This document shows, piece by piece, positions 28,760-38,446 of a DNA stretch of 64,000 nucleotides. Source of the stretch: a virus (taxonomy: Duplodnaviria; Caudoviricetes); the IMG/VR virus record IMGVR_UViG_3300029798_000001; one strand, given 5' to 3'. How positions within the stretch are numbered: position 1 is the first letter of the stretch; each line of letters opens with the position of its first letter. Under the pieces are notes generated by a model that searched no databases, was not told the DNA's origin, and saw only the letters and a list, made by a program, of their open reading frames with translations. The translations under genes and the position numbers were made by a program.

Positions 28760-29616
28760 AAATTAAAGTAAGCGAATTATTTTATAGTCTACAAGGCGAG
28801 GGTCGCTTTGTTGGAGTGCCTAGTGTATTCTTACGCACTTATGGTTGCAATTTTACCTGCTCCGGATTCGGTTGCAAGCCCGGCGAAAAATCTACAGGCG
28901 CAGACGATGTAGCTGAAGTGGTTCATATGTATAATAACTTCTTAGAGTTGCCACTGGTTGAAACCGGCTGTGATAGCTACGCATCTTGGCATCCAGCATT
29001 CAAGCATCTGAGCCCTACATACGAAACAGCAGATCTAGTAGAAAAGATGCTAGAACTAACTCCTAACAATATGTGGGCCCAGAATAATGGCAATGATGTA
29101 CATTTGGTAATTACAGGTGGTGAACCTTTGCTAGGGTGGCAACGTGCCTATGCAGAATTATTAAGTCATCCACGTATGGCAGATTTAAAGAATATTACAT
29201 TTGAAACAAATGGTACTCAAGAATTACACGCAGACTTTAAACTGTATTTGATTAAATGGGCTCAAGAGGTTCCGGGTCGCGAAGTTACATTTAGTGTTAG
29301 TGCCAAATTAAGTGCGTCGGGAGAAACTTGGGCGGATGCAATTAAGCCAGAGATTGTGAAGAGCTATCAATTATATGGACACACCTATCTTAAGTTTGTT
29401 GTTGAAACCGAAGAACATGTGGATGAAGCTGTTCGTGCTGTGGATGCGTTTCGCAAAGGTGGGTTTACTGGTGTAGTTTATTTGATGCCGCAAGGCGGTG
29501 TCGTTAAACCGTATGAAAGTAATAAACTAAACATTGCCAACATCTGCGTTGAGCGTGGGTGGAACTATAGTCCACGTCTACACGTTGACCTTTGGGGCAA
29601 CGGATGGGGCAAGTAA
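28756..29616 (+). CDS. queE: 7-carboxy-7-deazaguanine synthase (radical SAM)
   Basis: ELFYSLQGEG, FLRTYGCNFTC....CDS, VITGGEP, TFETNGT, SPRLH..LWG. Confidence 0.92.
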   Translation: MKIKVSELFYSLQGEGRFVGVPSVFLRTYGCNFTCSGFGCKPGEKSTGADDVAEVVHMYNNFLELPLVETGCDSYASWHPAFKHLSPTYETADLVEKMLELTPNNMWAQNNGNDVHLVITGGEPLLGWQRAYAELLSHPRMADLKNITFETNGTQELHADFKLYLIKWAQEVPGREVTFSVSAKLSASGETWADAIKPEIVKSYQLYGHTYLKFVVETEEHVDEAVRAVDAFRKGGFTGVVYLMPQGGVVKPYESNKLNIANICVERGWNYSPRLHVDLWGNGWGK

Positions 29617-29906
29617 AAGTAAGGTACGGAATGTTCCCACAAGGATTATACAATATAAATCATATGCCAATGCCCATGGAAATTTACATGCCAACTGACT
29701 ACGATGACAAACGATTTCTAAGTCAAAATGATATAGAACTTGTCTGGTGCTTGTGGCCAAGGCGTTGTCAGGTTAGTCGCAAATGGATGTGGCTAACATT
29801 AGCTTACCGTGCCAGGTATGTTATAACTGGACCAGGGGATCCTGCTATATGGACACGGTGGTACAGCAACACAGAAATGTTAATATTAAAATTAAAAGGG
29901 TATTAA

Positions 29907-30695
29907 ATGACTACATTCACAACAGAAGATAGATTATCAGCAACTAATCTACTACAAGATCGCATTACCGACTGGATCAAAAACTATGCTCAACAGGCTG
30001 GTATGAAGTCATTAGTGATAGGTATCAGTGGTGGCATTGATAGTGCTGTAGTTAGTGCCTTATGTGCTCGCACTGGATTGAATACGGTTGCTGTGTCTAT
30101 GCCCATTCGCCAGCGTCCGGATCTACACGATTTAAGTATGCGTCAAGGTGCTTGGCTAGCCAACAACTTTGATAATGTTCGTCACGAAATTATTGATTTA
30201 ACTACAACCTTCGATGAGTTTGAACGTCGTCTTGCTACCTATCCTAACGAACTAGGACTAGCAAACAGTCGTAGTCGCTTGCGTATGGTTACGCTGTATC
30301 AAATTGCACAGAGCGTACAAGGAATCGTAGTAGGCACAGGCAACAAAGTAGAAGATTTTGGTGTAGGATTCTATACCAAGTATGGCGATGGTGGTGTAGA
30401 CATTAGTCCTATTGCTGACTGTTACAAAACTGAAGTATGGCAAATGGGCCGTGAGCTTGGTGTACTCGAAGACATCATCAATGCGGCTCCTACAGATGGA
30501 CTTTGGGATGATGGTCGCACTGACGAAGATCAACTAGGTGGACTTAGCTACGCTGATTTAGAAATGGCAATGCAAGTAGACGAGGCTGGTATGACCATAT
30601 ATGATCCAGCAATACAGGATATTGTAGAGAAATATCGTGCGATCCGTAGTCGCAGTCTACACAAGATGAATCCAATTCCGATATTTAAGAAGTAG
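29907..30695 (+). CDS. nadE: NH3-dependent NAD+ synthetase
   Basis: GISGGIDS, NSRSRLRMVTLY, GTGNKVE, GFYTKYGDG, PTDGLW, DEDQLG. Confidence 0.93.
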   Translation: MTTFTTEDRLSATNLLQDRITDWIKNYAQQAGMKSLVIGISGGIDSAVVSALCARTGLNTVAVSMPIRQRPDLHDLSMRQGAWLANNFDNVRHEIIDLTTTFDEFERRLATYPNELGLANSRSRLRMVTLYQIAQSVQGIVVGTGNKVEDFGVGFYTKYGDGGVDISPIADCYKTEVWQMGRELGVLEDIINAAPTDGLWDDGRTDEDQLGGLSYADLEMAMQVDEAGMTIYDPAIQDIVEKYRAIRSRSLHKMNPIPIFKK

Positions 30696-30767
30696 AAATT
30701 TTGGTCTGGTATCAAAACTACGATAAATTATAGTCTGTAGTATTCAAATATCATATCAAGGACAAAA

Positions 30768-32012
30768 ATGAAACGATGCAAGGTGGGGTTTGTAGGAATT
30801 GGAAAATTAGGGCTCGATTGTGCCGAAGTATTTGCTGAAAAACACGAAGTTCGCGGTTACGATATATATCCACGCACTAGTGACACTGTAACAGTATGTA
30901 GTATCGAGGAAGTAGTCAACGAAAGCGAATGGATTTTTATCGCTGTTCCTACTCCGCATGCTGAAGGCTACGATGGATCTGTTCCGTCAAGTCACATGAC
31001 TCCAAAAGACTTTGGGCATGATGCTGTTATTGATTCTATTAATAATATAAACAAGTATGCTACAACTCCTAAAAAAGTTGTATTGATTAGTACAGTATTA
31101 CCAGGCACTACTCGCAAGAAGTTTGTACCACTACTAGATCCCAAACATCAGTTTGTTTACAATCCGTATTTGATTGCCATGGGGTCGGTTAAGTGGGATA
31201 TGGTTAATCCTGAAATGATTATGTTGGGCACAGAGGATGGTAGTTTAACTGGGGTTGCTGGTGAACTCAAAGAACTGTATGAAACCATCATGCAAAATAA
31301 CCCACGCTACGAAGTTGGCACATGGGACGAGTGTGAAGCTATTAAGATTTTCTACAACACATTTATTAGTGCCAAGGTTGGCCTAGTTAATATGGTACAA
31401 GACTTTGCTATGAAGATTGGTAATATCAATGTTGATGTGGTTACAGATGCCTTGGCTAAAAGTACAATGCGTATCATGGGGCCCAAGTATATGACAGCGG
31501 GCATGGGTGATGCTGGCGCTTGTCATCCTCGTGATAACATTGCCCTGCGTTGGTTAGCTGAAGAATACGACATCGGCTATGACTTGTTTGACACAGTCAT
31601 GCATGCCAGAGAAATACAGGCAAGAAACTTAGCTGAATTTTTAGTTATACAAGCTACCAAATCCAATTTGCCTATTGTAATTCACGGTAAAGCCTATAAA
31701 CCAGATGTTGAATATTGTATTGGTAGTTACAGTACTCTTGTTGGGTTCTATGTTAAAGAATGTGGATTTGCTGTAAGTTATGTTGATCCGCTTGCTGACA
31801 ATCAAGATGAGGTAGTTGCCACAGTAGATACCCCGGCAGTATTTTTATGGGCACATAATCGTAAGATCACTTACGAGTATACTGGCGACCAATTAGATAC
31901 CCAACCATATTGTCCAATTTTGCCAGGATCGATTATTGTTGATCCATGGCGCAAATTACCCATTGACATGCCGGGTATTAATGTAGTACACTATGGTAAT
32001 ACACGACAATAG
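30768..32012 (+). CDS. ugd: UDP-glucose/GDP-mannose dehydrogenase
   Basis: GIGKLG, IAVPTP, STVLPG, NPY, K...N.F, GACHPRD. Confidence 0.88.
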   Translation: MKRCKVGFVGIGKLGLDCAEVFAEKHEVRGYDIYPRTSDTVTVCSIEEVVNESEWIFIAVPTPHAEGYDGSVPSSHMTPKDFGHDAVIDSINNINKYATTPKKVVLISTVLPGTTRKKFVPLLDPKHQFVYNPYLIAMGSVKWDMVNPEMIMLGTEDGSLTGVAGELKELYETIMQNNPRYEVGTWDECEAIKIFYNTFISAKVGLVNMVQDFAMKIGNINVDVVTDALAKSTMRIMGPKYMTAGMGDAGACHPRDNIALRWLAEEYDIGYDLFDTVMHAREIQARNLAEFLVIQATKSNLPIVIHGKAYKPDVEYCIGSYSTLVGFYVKECGFAVSYVDPLADNQDEVVATVDTPAVFLWAHNRKITYEYTGDQLDTQPYCPILPGSIIVDPWRKLPIDMPGINVVHYGNTRQ

Positions 32013-32020
32013 GAAACCCC

Positions 32021-32410
32021 ATGGGAATATTTGACATATTTAAAAAGAAAAAATCAGAAGTTAAAGCAGAGCCAAAACCAAAAAAAGCTCCTGTAAAAAC
32101 TGAAAAAGAGATAGCCACAGAAAAAGGCGAAGCGTATGTTAATATTCTAAGCATGGATGTTGATCCTGAAAATATCAGCGCAGGAGCATTTGAATTAGAT
32201 TGGAATGAAAAGTTTGTAGCTGATCTAGTTCGCCACGGTTACATGATGGATAAAAACGATACCGATGCTGATATTGTTGACCGTTGGTTCACTGCTGTAT
32301 GCCGTAATGTTGTACTTGAAACTTGGGAACAAGAACAAGCAATGAATCCCGAGCGTGATCGCGTAGTTAAAAGTCGCAACATAGGTGACGGTCTTTCTGA
32401 GGTTAGCTAA
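32021..32410 (+). CDS. Hypothetical protein
   Basis: ORF track. Confidence 0.6.
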   Translation: MGIFDIFKKKKSEVKAEPKPKKAPVKTEKEIATEKGEAYVNILSMDVDPENISAGAFELDWNEKFVADLVRHGYMMDKNDTDADIVDRWFTAVCRNVVLETWEQEQAMNPERDRVVKSRNIGDGLSEVS

Positions 32411-32561
32411 TGCGACCGTTGCCAGTTGAGCCGTATCTAAAAGTTTACATGTTAGTCAAGCAAGATGGAACATATCATAAAAAATAATAAAGAATTTAAA
32501 TACAAACCCCATTTGTCTATGAATGGTGGCAAAACTGAATGCTTATCAAAGGAAATTAAAA

Positions 32562-33041
32562 ATGATTTTTAACAAGATTGCTGAATTAAAAAAGCAAGGT
32601 AAGAAAATTGGCATTACTTTTAGTACGTTTGATTTAGGGCCACACGCAGGGCACGTGGCTATGCTTGCCGAAGCAAAGAATCACTGTGATTACTTAATAT
32701 GCGGCTTGCAAACTGATCCAACTATTGATCGTCCAGATACTAAAAATGCACCTGTGCAAAGTATCGTAGAGCGTCAAATTCAATTGGCTGCTTGCCGTTA
32801 TGTAGACGAGGTAGTAGTGTATCAAACAGAACAAGATTTAATTGACTTACTATTAATCCTCCCATTGGATATTCGTGTACTTGGTGTTGAGTACGAAGCC
32901 AAAGAGTTTACTGGCAAGCGTGAAGGATATAGTCGTGGTATTGAACATATCTTTAACGGTCGTGATCACTCATTCTCTAGTTCAGGTCTACGTAGTCGTG
33001 TGGTAGAGGCTGAAACTATAAAACTACTCAAGAAACAATGA
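32562..33041 (+). CDS. HIGH-motif cytidylyltransferase (TagD/RfaE-like)
   Basis: TFSTFDLGPHAGH, LICGLQTD, ER, FSSS..R; start reassigned to 32562. Confidence 0.8.
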   Translation: MIFNKIAELKKQGKKIGITFSTFDLGPHAGHVAMLAEAKNHCDYLICGLQTDPTIDRPDTKNAPVQSIVERQIQLAACRYVDEVVVYQTEQDLIDLLLILPLDIRVLGVEYEAKEFTGKREGYSRGIEHIFNGRDHSFSSSGLRSRVVEAETIKLLKKQ

Positions 33042-33742
33042 TTCTATTTGTAAATGGCGACAGTCATACCGCAGCGGCCGAAGCAGTTAATCCTCATGCC
33101 TTTGCCATGGACGATGGTGCTTTATTTTATCTAGGTCGTAGTCCACACCCTGATAATTTATCGGTTAGTTGGGGGAAATTATTAAGTCTAGCATTACACA
33201 GTGGGTTTCATTGTGCCGCAGAAAGTGCCAGCTCAAATGCTAGAATCTTAAGAACTACTCGTGCTTGGGTAGCAGAACATAAAAATAATCTACAAGATAT
33301 TTTAATTGTTATACAATGGTCTACTTGGGAACGAGAAGAATGGGAATACAATGGTATTACCTATCAAGTTAACGGTAGTGGCATTGACCATATTCCGCAG
33401 GAATTGCAAGAGAAATATAAACAATATATTATCGGAATAGACTGGCATCAAAAGACCCAAGAAGCGCATAATCAAATTTGGGAATTCCACCAAGAACTAA
33501 TAGTCCAAAATATACCTCATATATTCTTTAATGGTAACAATGATTTTTCATCCATTACAGATCAAAAGGAATGGGGCAATAACTATATCGGCCCATACGA
33601 TCCAGCCAGTACATACGATGCTCAAATTCGTAATGCTGGATTTGAAACTGTAGCCCCCAATTCATGCCATTTTGGTAAAGATGCCCATGCATGGTGGTTT
33701 AAATATATCCTTAATTACATTATCAAACATAAGTTTATTTGA
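33038..33742 (+). CDS. SGNH-like hypothetical protein
   Basis: NGDSH, SSN, terminal HFG..AH motif. Confidence 0.5.
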   Translation: MILFVNGDSHTAAAEAVNPHAFAMDDGALFYLGRSPHPDNLSVSWGKLLSLALHSGFHCAAESASSNARILRTTRAWVAEHKNNLQDILIVIQWSTWEREEWEYNGITYQVNGSGIDHIPQELQEKYKQYIIGIDWHQKTQEAHNQIWEFHQELIVQNIPHIFFNGNNDFSSITDQKEWGNNYIGPYDPASTYDAQIRNAGFETVAPNSCHFGKDAHAWWFKYILNYIIKHKFI

Positions 33743-33773
33743 CAAAGTCAGTAGAATCTGTTATACTAGTATT

Positions 33774-34775
33774 ATGAAATATGTCTTAATTGATACCGCA
33801 AATCTCTTCTTCCGTGCCAGACACGGTGCTTTCCGTGCCAGCGATACTTGGGAAAAGATTGGATTTGCACTTCATATTACCCTAATGGCCGCTAACAAAA
33901 TGGCCCGTAGGTTTGAAGCAGATCACGTGGTTTTTGCCTTAGAAGGGCGTAGTTGGCGTAAGGATATGTATAAACCTTACAAAAATAACCGTGCTGTAGC
34001 CCGAGCTGCCCTAACTGAAGAGCAAGCAGAAGAAGATAAGATGTTCTGGGAAACGTATGATTCTTTGACTAAATACTTGTCTGAAAGGACCAATTGCTCA
34101 GTCATTAGGTGCCCAACAGCAGAAGGTGACGATATCATTGCTCGCTGGATTGCATTACATCCCCGAGACGAACATGTAGTAATTTCAAGCGATACTGACT
34201 TTGTGCAGTTGCTTGCTTCAAATGTTAAACAATATAACGGAATTACAGACGAATTACACACTATAGAAGGAATCTTCGATGCCAAAGGTAAACCAGTTAT
34301 TGACAAAAAAAGCAAGGAGCCTAAGACTATTCCTGATCCGCAGTGGCTTCTCTTCGAGAAGTGTATGCGCGGTGACAGCTCAGATAATGTCTTCTCGGCA
34401 TTCCCTGGCGTTCGGACGAAAGGTACCAAAAACAAAGTCGGCCTACAAGAAGCGTATTCTGACAAGGATAAAAAAGGTTACAGTTGGAACAACCTTATGC
34501 TGCAAAGATGGACTGACCCAGACGGTGTTGAGCATCGTGTCCTAGATGATTACGAACGCAATCGTACGCTAATTGATTTAACAGCACAACCAGAAGAAAT
34601 TAAACAAGTAGTAGACACTTGCATTCGTGAGCAGATTAGTCACAAAGACATTGGGCAAGTCGGTGTGCGTTTTATGCAGTTCTGCGGAAAATATGAATTA
34701 AACAAGTGTAGCGAGTCAGCCGATTCATTTGGTCGGTGGTTGAATGAAACTTATAAAGGCGTGTTAAATGGCTAA
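33774..34775 (+). CDS. rnh: 5'-3' exonuclease / T4 RNase H-like flap endonuclease
   Basis: LIDTAN, SWRK..Y..YK.NR, EGDDII, SSDTDF.Q, GDSSDNV..FPG; early promoter at 33739-33767. Confidence 0.9.
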   Translation: MKYVLIDTANLFFRARHGAFRASDTWEKIGFALHITLMAANKMARRFEADHVVFALEGRSWRKDMYKPYKNNRAVARAALTEEQAEEDKMFWETYDSLTKYLSERTNCSVIRCPTAEGDDIIARWIALHPRDEHVVISSDTDFVQLLASNVKQYNGITDELHTIEGIFDAKGKPVIDKKSKEPKTIPDPQWLLFEKCMRGDSSDNVFSAFPGVRTKGTKNKVGLQEAYSDKDKKGYSWNNLMLQRWTDPDGVEHRVLDDYERNRTLIDLTAQPEEIKQVVDTCIREQISHKDIGQVGVRFMQFCGKYELNKCSESADSFGRWLNETYKGVLNG

Positions 34776-35408
34776 GGACATTTTTTGGGTCACAGTGACA
34801 TTTGGTATTTTAATTGCAATATTAACATTAGTATTACTACCAGGTAGCAACGGTAGTGTAGTTGTTGTACAATATGATTGCCGGATATTGATCGGTGGTT
34901 GGCATCCAGATGTGCCAGTAGCAGTACAAGAAGAATGTAGGAAAAGGAGTAACAAATGACACTAATAGCTCTACCAGTAGTAGACAAACAATATTGGATT
35001 TTAAAAGATAACGACCGCAAGGTTGGTAATGTAGAAGCCTGTGCAGGCGGCTATCAAGTTAAAATCAACAATCAGATAGCACAATATAAAACTATCAAGA
35101 TGGTCGAACAGCGAGTTAACATACATTTTGAACCATTGGCTAAACCTATAAAAATAAAAACACCAACTAACTTAGTACACGGGTATCCTGTGCCGGGTCG
35201 CATGTATAATCCTATGTGGGATCTTTCACAAAAATTACCTGTCTATACCAAGACTGCCAAAAGTAAAAGTTGGTTTTCTGCTGGATGGTATCGGGTAAAG
35301 AAAGGTCGTGCGTGGCAAGTACTACAAGGACCAAAACTAATTATGTTACAACGATATCCATATCACGGTCCGTTCCATTTAAAAGAGGAAGCACAGAGTC
35401 ATGACTAA
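34768..35408 (+). CDS. Two hypothetical proteins (34768-34959 membrane; 34956-35408)
   Basis: ORF track; overlapping start/stop coupling. Confidence 0.55.
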
Positions 35409-35769
35409 TCCATTCCGTGATTCAGAAAAATTTATGATTTCTTGTGGACAAACAGTAGGCGAGGAAAATGTCAATCAGTATAAACTATACCTAGACTTAA
35501 TCAACGAAGAAGTACAAGAGCTTAAAGACTCAACCACACCAGTAGACGACCTTGATGCATTAGTTGATATTTTAGTTGTTACTATAGGTGCTATCCATTC
35601 GATGGGTGCCGACGGTGAAGGTGCCTGGAGAGAAGTCATGTCAACTAACTTTGCTAAGATCGATAGGGTAACCGGTAAAGTTCGCAAGCGTGAAGATGGT
35701 AAGGTATTAAAACCCGAAGGGTGGACTGCTCCTGACTTAATGAAATATGTAAACAGGAATCATCAATGA
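35401..35769 (+). CDS. MazG-like / PRA-PH nucleotide pyrophosphohydrolase
   Basis: LINEEVQEL, LDALVDI, NFAK, DGKVLKPEGW. Confidence 0.8.
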   Translation: MTNPFRDSEKFMISCGQTVGEENVNQYKLYLDLINEEVQELKDSTTPVDDLDALVDILVVTIGAIHSMGADGEGAWREVMSTNFAKIDRVTGKVRKREDGKVLKPEGWTAPDLMKYVNRNHQ

Positions 35770-36678
35770 GCATTTACCTACAAAAGTTTGTGGACCGTGT
35801 TAGAGGGCTAGAGGCTCGCGGAGCCAAAGACTTTACTATGAGCATGGCAGATGCCAAAGACTTGCACGCCGATATTACTAGACTGCTTATTGACCTGCAA
35901 ACCCTGCGTGAACAAGCACTAACAACACCAACAGAAGAAGTAATTACAATTAAAATGGACGGTGGAACTTTCTAAAAGTACCTATATTTTAGCATAAATA
36001 AATGTAGGAGTATTATAATGTCCAGACCAAAGCCTACAGTACTAGTCGAAATAACTAACAAGTCTACCTATAAGACCGAGCAGGTATTGTCCAGCGAGGG
36101 TATATGGGCGGTATTTTTTGATAGTAACCCGATTAACCTCAAGACCAGCAATTTATTGGTGCAATATCCCGGTCCCAAATATAAAAAAGTTTCGTTCTCT
36201 AATCCTGGGCATGCTATTAACCTCGCCCGCAAACTTAACACACAATTTAAAACAGAAAAGTTTTCTGTGGTATTACTCACAGCCGGCGACAAAGTTTATC
36301 CATAATGTGCGTAATAAAAAGAAACTTACAGAAGAACTAGTTAAGCAACTAGATCCTGAACTCGGACGTACAGTCAAGAGATCATTACATACCTGGTGGT
36401 TTAATATACGAAATAACGGCGGCATGAGATTAACCACTGCTGGCTATCGTGTATTTTGTGATGAGTTAGATCTTACTTATTATGAATTTTCTATCAATAA
36501 TCCGCACGATTTTAATCAACATATGATATTAGAATTAGATAGCAAATTACAAATGCCGTACTACATTCACGCGACTAAAGGGATACCCAAAAAGATTGTA
36601 TTTTTTGGTAGCCAGGAAGCTATTATGGTTAATTTGTACGGCGATCTTAAAAAGTATCTTGACAACTACGAGCCCTAG
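35766..36678 (+). CDS. Three hypothetical proteins (35766-35975, 36018-36305, 36307-36678)
   Basis: ORF track; the third start is GTG 36307; CATAAATA promoter before 36018. Confidence 0.55.
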
Positions 36679-36696
36679 TGTTATACTGTTATTGTT

Positions 36697-36774
36697 GGGC
36701 GGTTAGCATAGTAGGTTAATGCCGGCGACTCATAATCGTCAGAGTGATAGGTTCAAATCCTTCACCGCCCACCA
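36697..36774 (+). tRNA. tRNA-Met/Ile2 (CAT)
   Basis: GGGCGGT/ACCGCCC acceptor, CT-CAT-AA loop, TTCAAAT, ACCA; early promoter at 36659-36687. Confidence 0.85.
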
Positions 36775-37081
36775 AATAAGGTAAATACTAGACCGTGGAA
36801 CAGCAAAAGAAACCCGTTAACCAGTATTACTATTCCGAAAAAGAATGGGCAAGATTGGGTTGTGGCCCGTTGCCCGACGAGCGTGATCGTTCTAAATTAC
36901 TAGATGCTCATGCAAAAGGTAATCCAAAGGTTGACAATAATATAGTAAAAGGATATAATTAACGATCATGATATGGTTAGCTATTTTTATTATCGGCGCT
37001 GTTGCAATGTATTTGTTAATTGAGCTAAAAGATTGGCTCGACAATGATCAGTAGTTAAAATTTAAAAGGAAGTATAGTAAA

Positions 37082-37285
37082 ATGGCATTTGGTAAAGTAA
37101 AATGGTTTAACGACGCAAAAGGTTTTGGTTTTATTACCCCCGATGGTGGTGGTGAAGATTTGTTTGCACATTTCTCAGCAATCGGTGGAAGTGGATTTAA
37201 AACTCTTAAAGAGAATCAAGCGGTACAGTTTGATGTAACGCAAGGCCCAAAAGGCAAACAAGCATCGAATATTATACCTGCGTAA
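37082..37285 (+). CDS. cspA: Cold-shock protein
   Basis: [31 protein letters not shown]. Confidence 0.97.
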   Translation: MAFGKVKWFNDAKGFGFITPDGGGEDLFAHFSAIGGSGFKTLKENQAVQFDVTQGPKGKQASNIIPA

Positions 37286-37382
37286 GCTGGTACTAACAGA
37301 ATTGTTGTAACGTGGGCGCAGGGGTTAAATCCTGCGGACCATTTAGGTTGATTTTTAATTCGTTTTCTGCTACAATAGTAGT

Positions 37383-37994
37383 ATGAGAGTAAAGAATTTT
37401 GAGGTCGATTTAGATTCTGTAGAAGATTGCCAAAAGCTAATTAATCGACTTAAAAGTAATATAGGCGAACTTCGAATATTAACACACGGCTCTAAAAAGC
37501 AAAGAGTCCGTTCTGTATTTGAAGCTTGTCAAAAGATATACAATACCGATATCAGCGACTTGTATCGTCATTTAGATTTGGATCCAAACCCGATTTATTA
37601 TGTCTATACACATTCGGAACCTTCTAAAAAGATTGCTATAGGCAAAAACGGTATCAGTACTTTTGCGGCGACATTAGGAATGGAGTTAATTCCGTTCTAT
37701 GTAGGCAAGGGTGTTGGCGATAGAGCTTACGATTTAAACCGCAACGAGACGCATCGTAAAGTAAGACAAAAACTTCAGCAGTTCGGGCAGGAAGTATCTG
37801 TTAAAATATTAAAATCTGGACTTACTGAGATGGGAGCATTAATATTAGAATCTAAATTAATCGATATGTTCGGACTAATAGCTTCGGGCGGTAAATTAGT
37901 AAATTTGGACGAAGGTGTAAATAGTAAAGAACGACGCTTAAAATATAAAGACGAGCTTCGTGAGATAAGTATGTTATATAAGAATTCTGTCTGA
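37383..37994 (+). mobile_element. GIY-YIG endonuclease adjacent to tmRNA
   Basis: YYVY...PFYVGKG..DR...E..LI..FG....LVN; own early promoter at 37348-37377. Confidence 0.7.
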
Positions 37995-38335
37995 AGTTAG
38001 ACTGAAAGCTATGCAAGACGCGGAGTGGTGCCCGCCACCTCCACCACAAGCATACTGTGATGCGTTACCCAGCGTGAAGTTAAGAGGGTGAAAACAGTAT
38101 GCTTTTGATGGGGGTGTATAATCCTTTCGATTGTGTAGGAAGTAAGAATAATTAGGAATCGGTAGGCGATGACCGTATAAATCAAGCAAATCTCGTAAAT
38201 GCAAACGCAAATACAGGCGAAGTAACTGTTTCGGGCAAGGGCGTTAAGTTCTCTGCTCGTACAGCGAAAGCCGAATCTTTCGCAGTTTAATCACCGCGAT
38301 TGCGGAGTTATCCGTAGAAACAGAAAATAACAGAT
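37981..38335 (+). ncRNA. ssrA: Circularly permuted (two-piece) tmRNA
   Basis: Acceptor piece ends CACCTCC-ACCA (38046); hairpin spacer; coding piece starts GGGGGTG (38110) giving G3:U70; CTATGCAA pairs with TTGTGTAG; tag ORF 38201-38290 ANANTGEVTVSGKGVKFSARTAKAESFAV. Confidence 0.85.
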
Positions 38336-38360
38336 AGGGGCTTCGGCCCCTATTCTTTTG
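38334..38360 (+). terminator. Intrinsic terminator
   Basis: TAGGGG-CTTCGG-CCCCTA followed by a T-rich tail. Confidence 0.8.
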
Positions 38361-38446
38361 ACAAAATAATACAAAAATAAGACTTTTCTATTGCTCTGCA
38401 ACGACAAATACTATATACTAGTAGTATTAATCACGAAAGGCATATT

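Noticed and set aside
29907-30695. NadE acting as the missing QueC
   Set aside because: Same PP-loop superfamily, but all NAD-synthetase-specific motifs are intact and the QueC Zn-binding Cys motif is absent.
32410-32571. 53-aa ORF with a KYKP...GGKTEC tail resembling a nuclease C-terminus
   Set aside because: Too short and too weak a resemblance to call; at most a remnant.
8656-36306. Upstream-extended starts in the ORF track (8656, 10308, 13338, 15419, 19818, 32523, 33672, 36118)
   Set aside because: The extensions overlap upstream genes or promoters; downstream starts fit RBS or stop/start coupling better.
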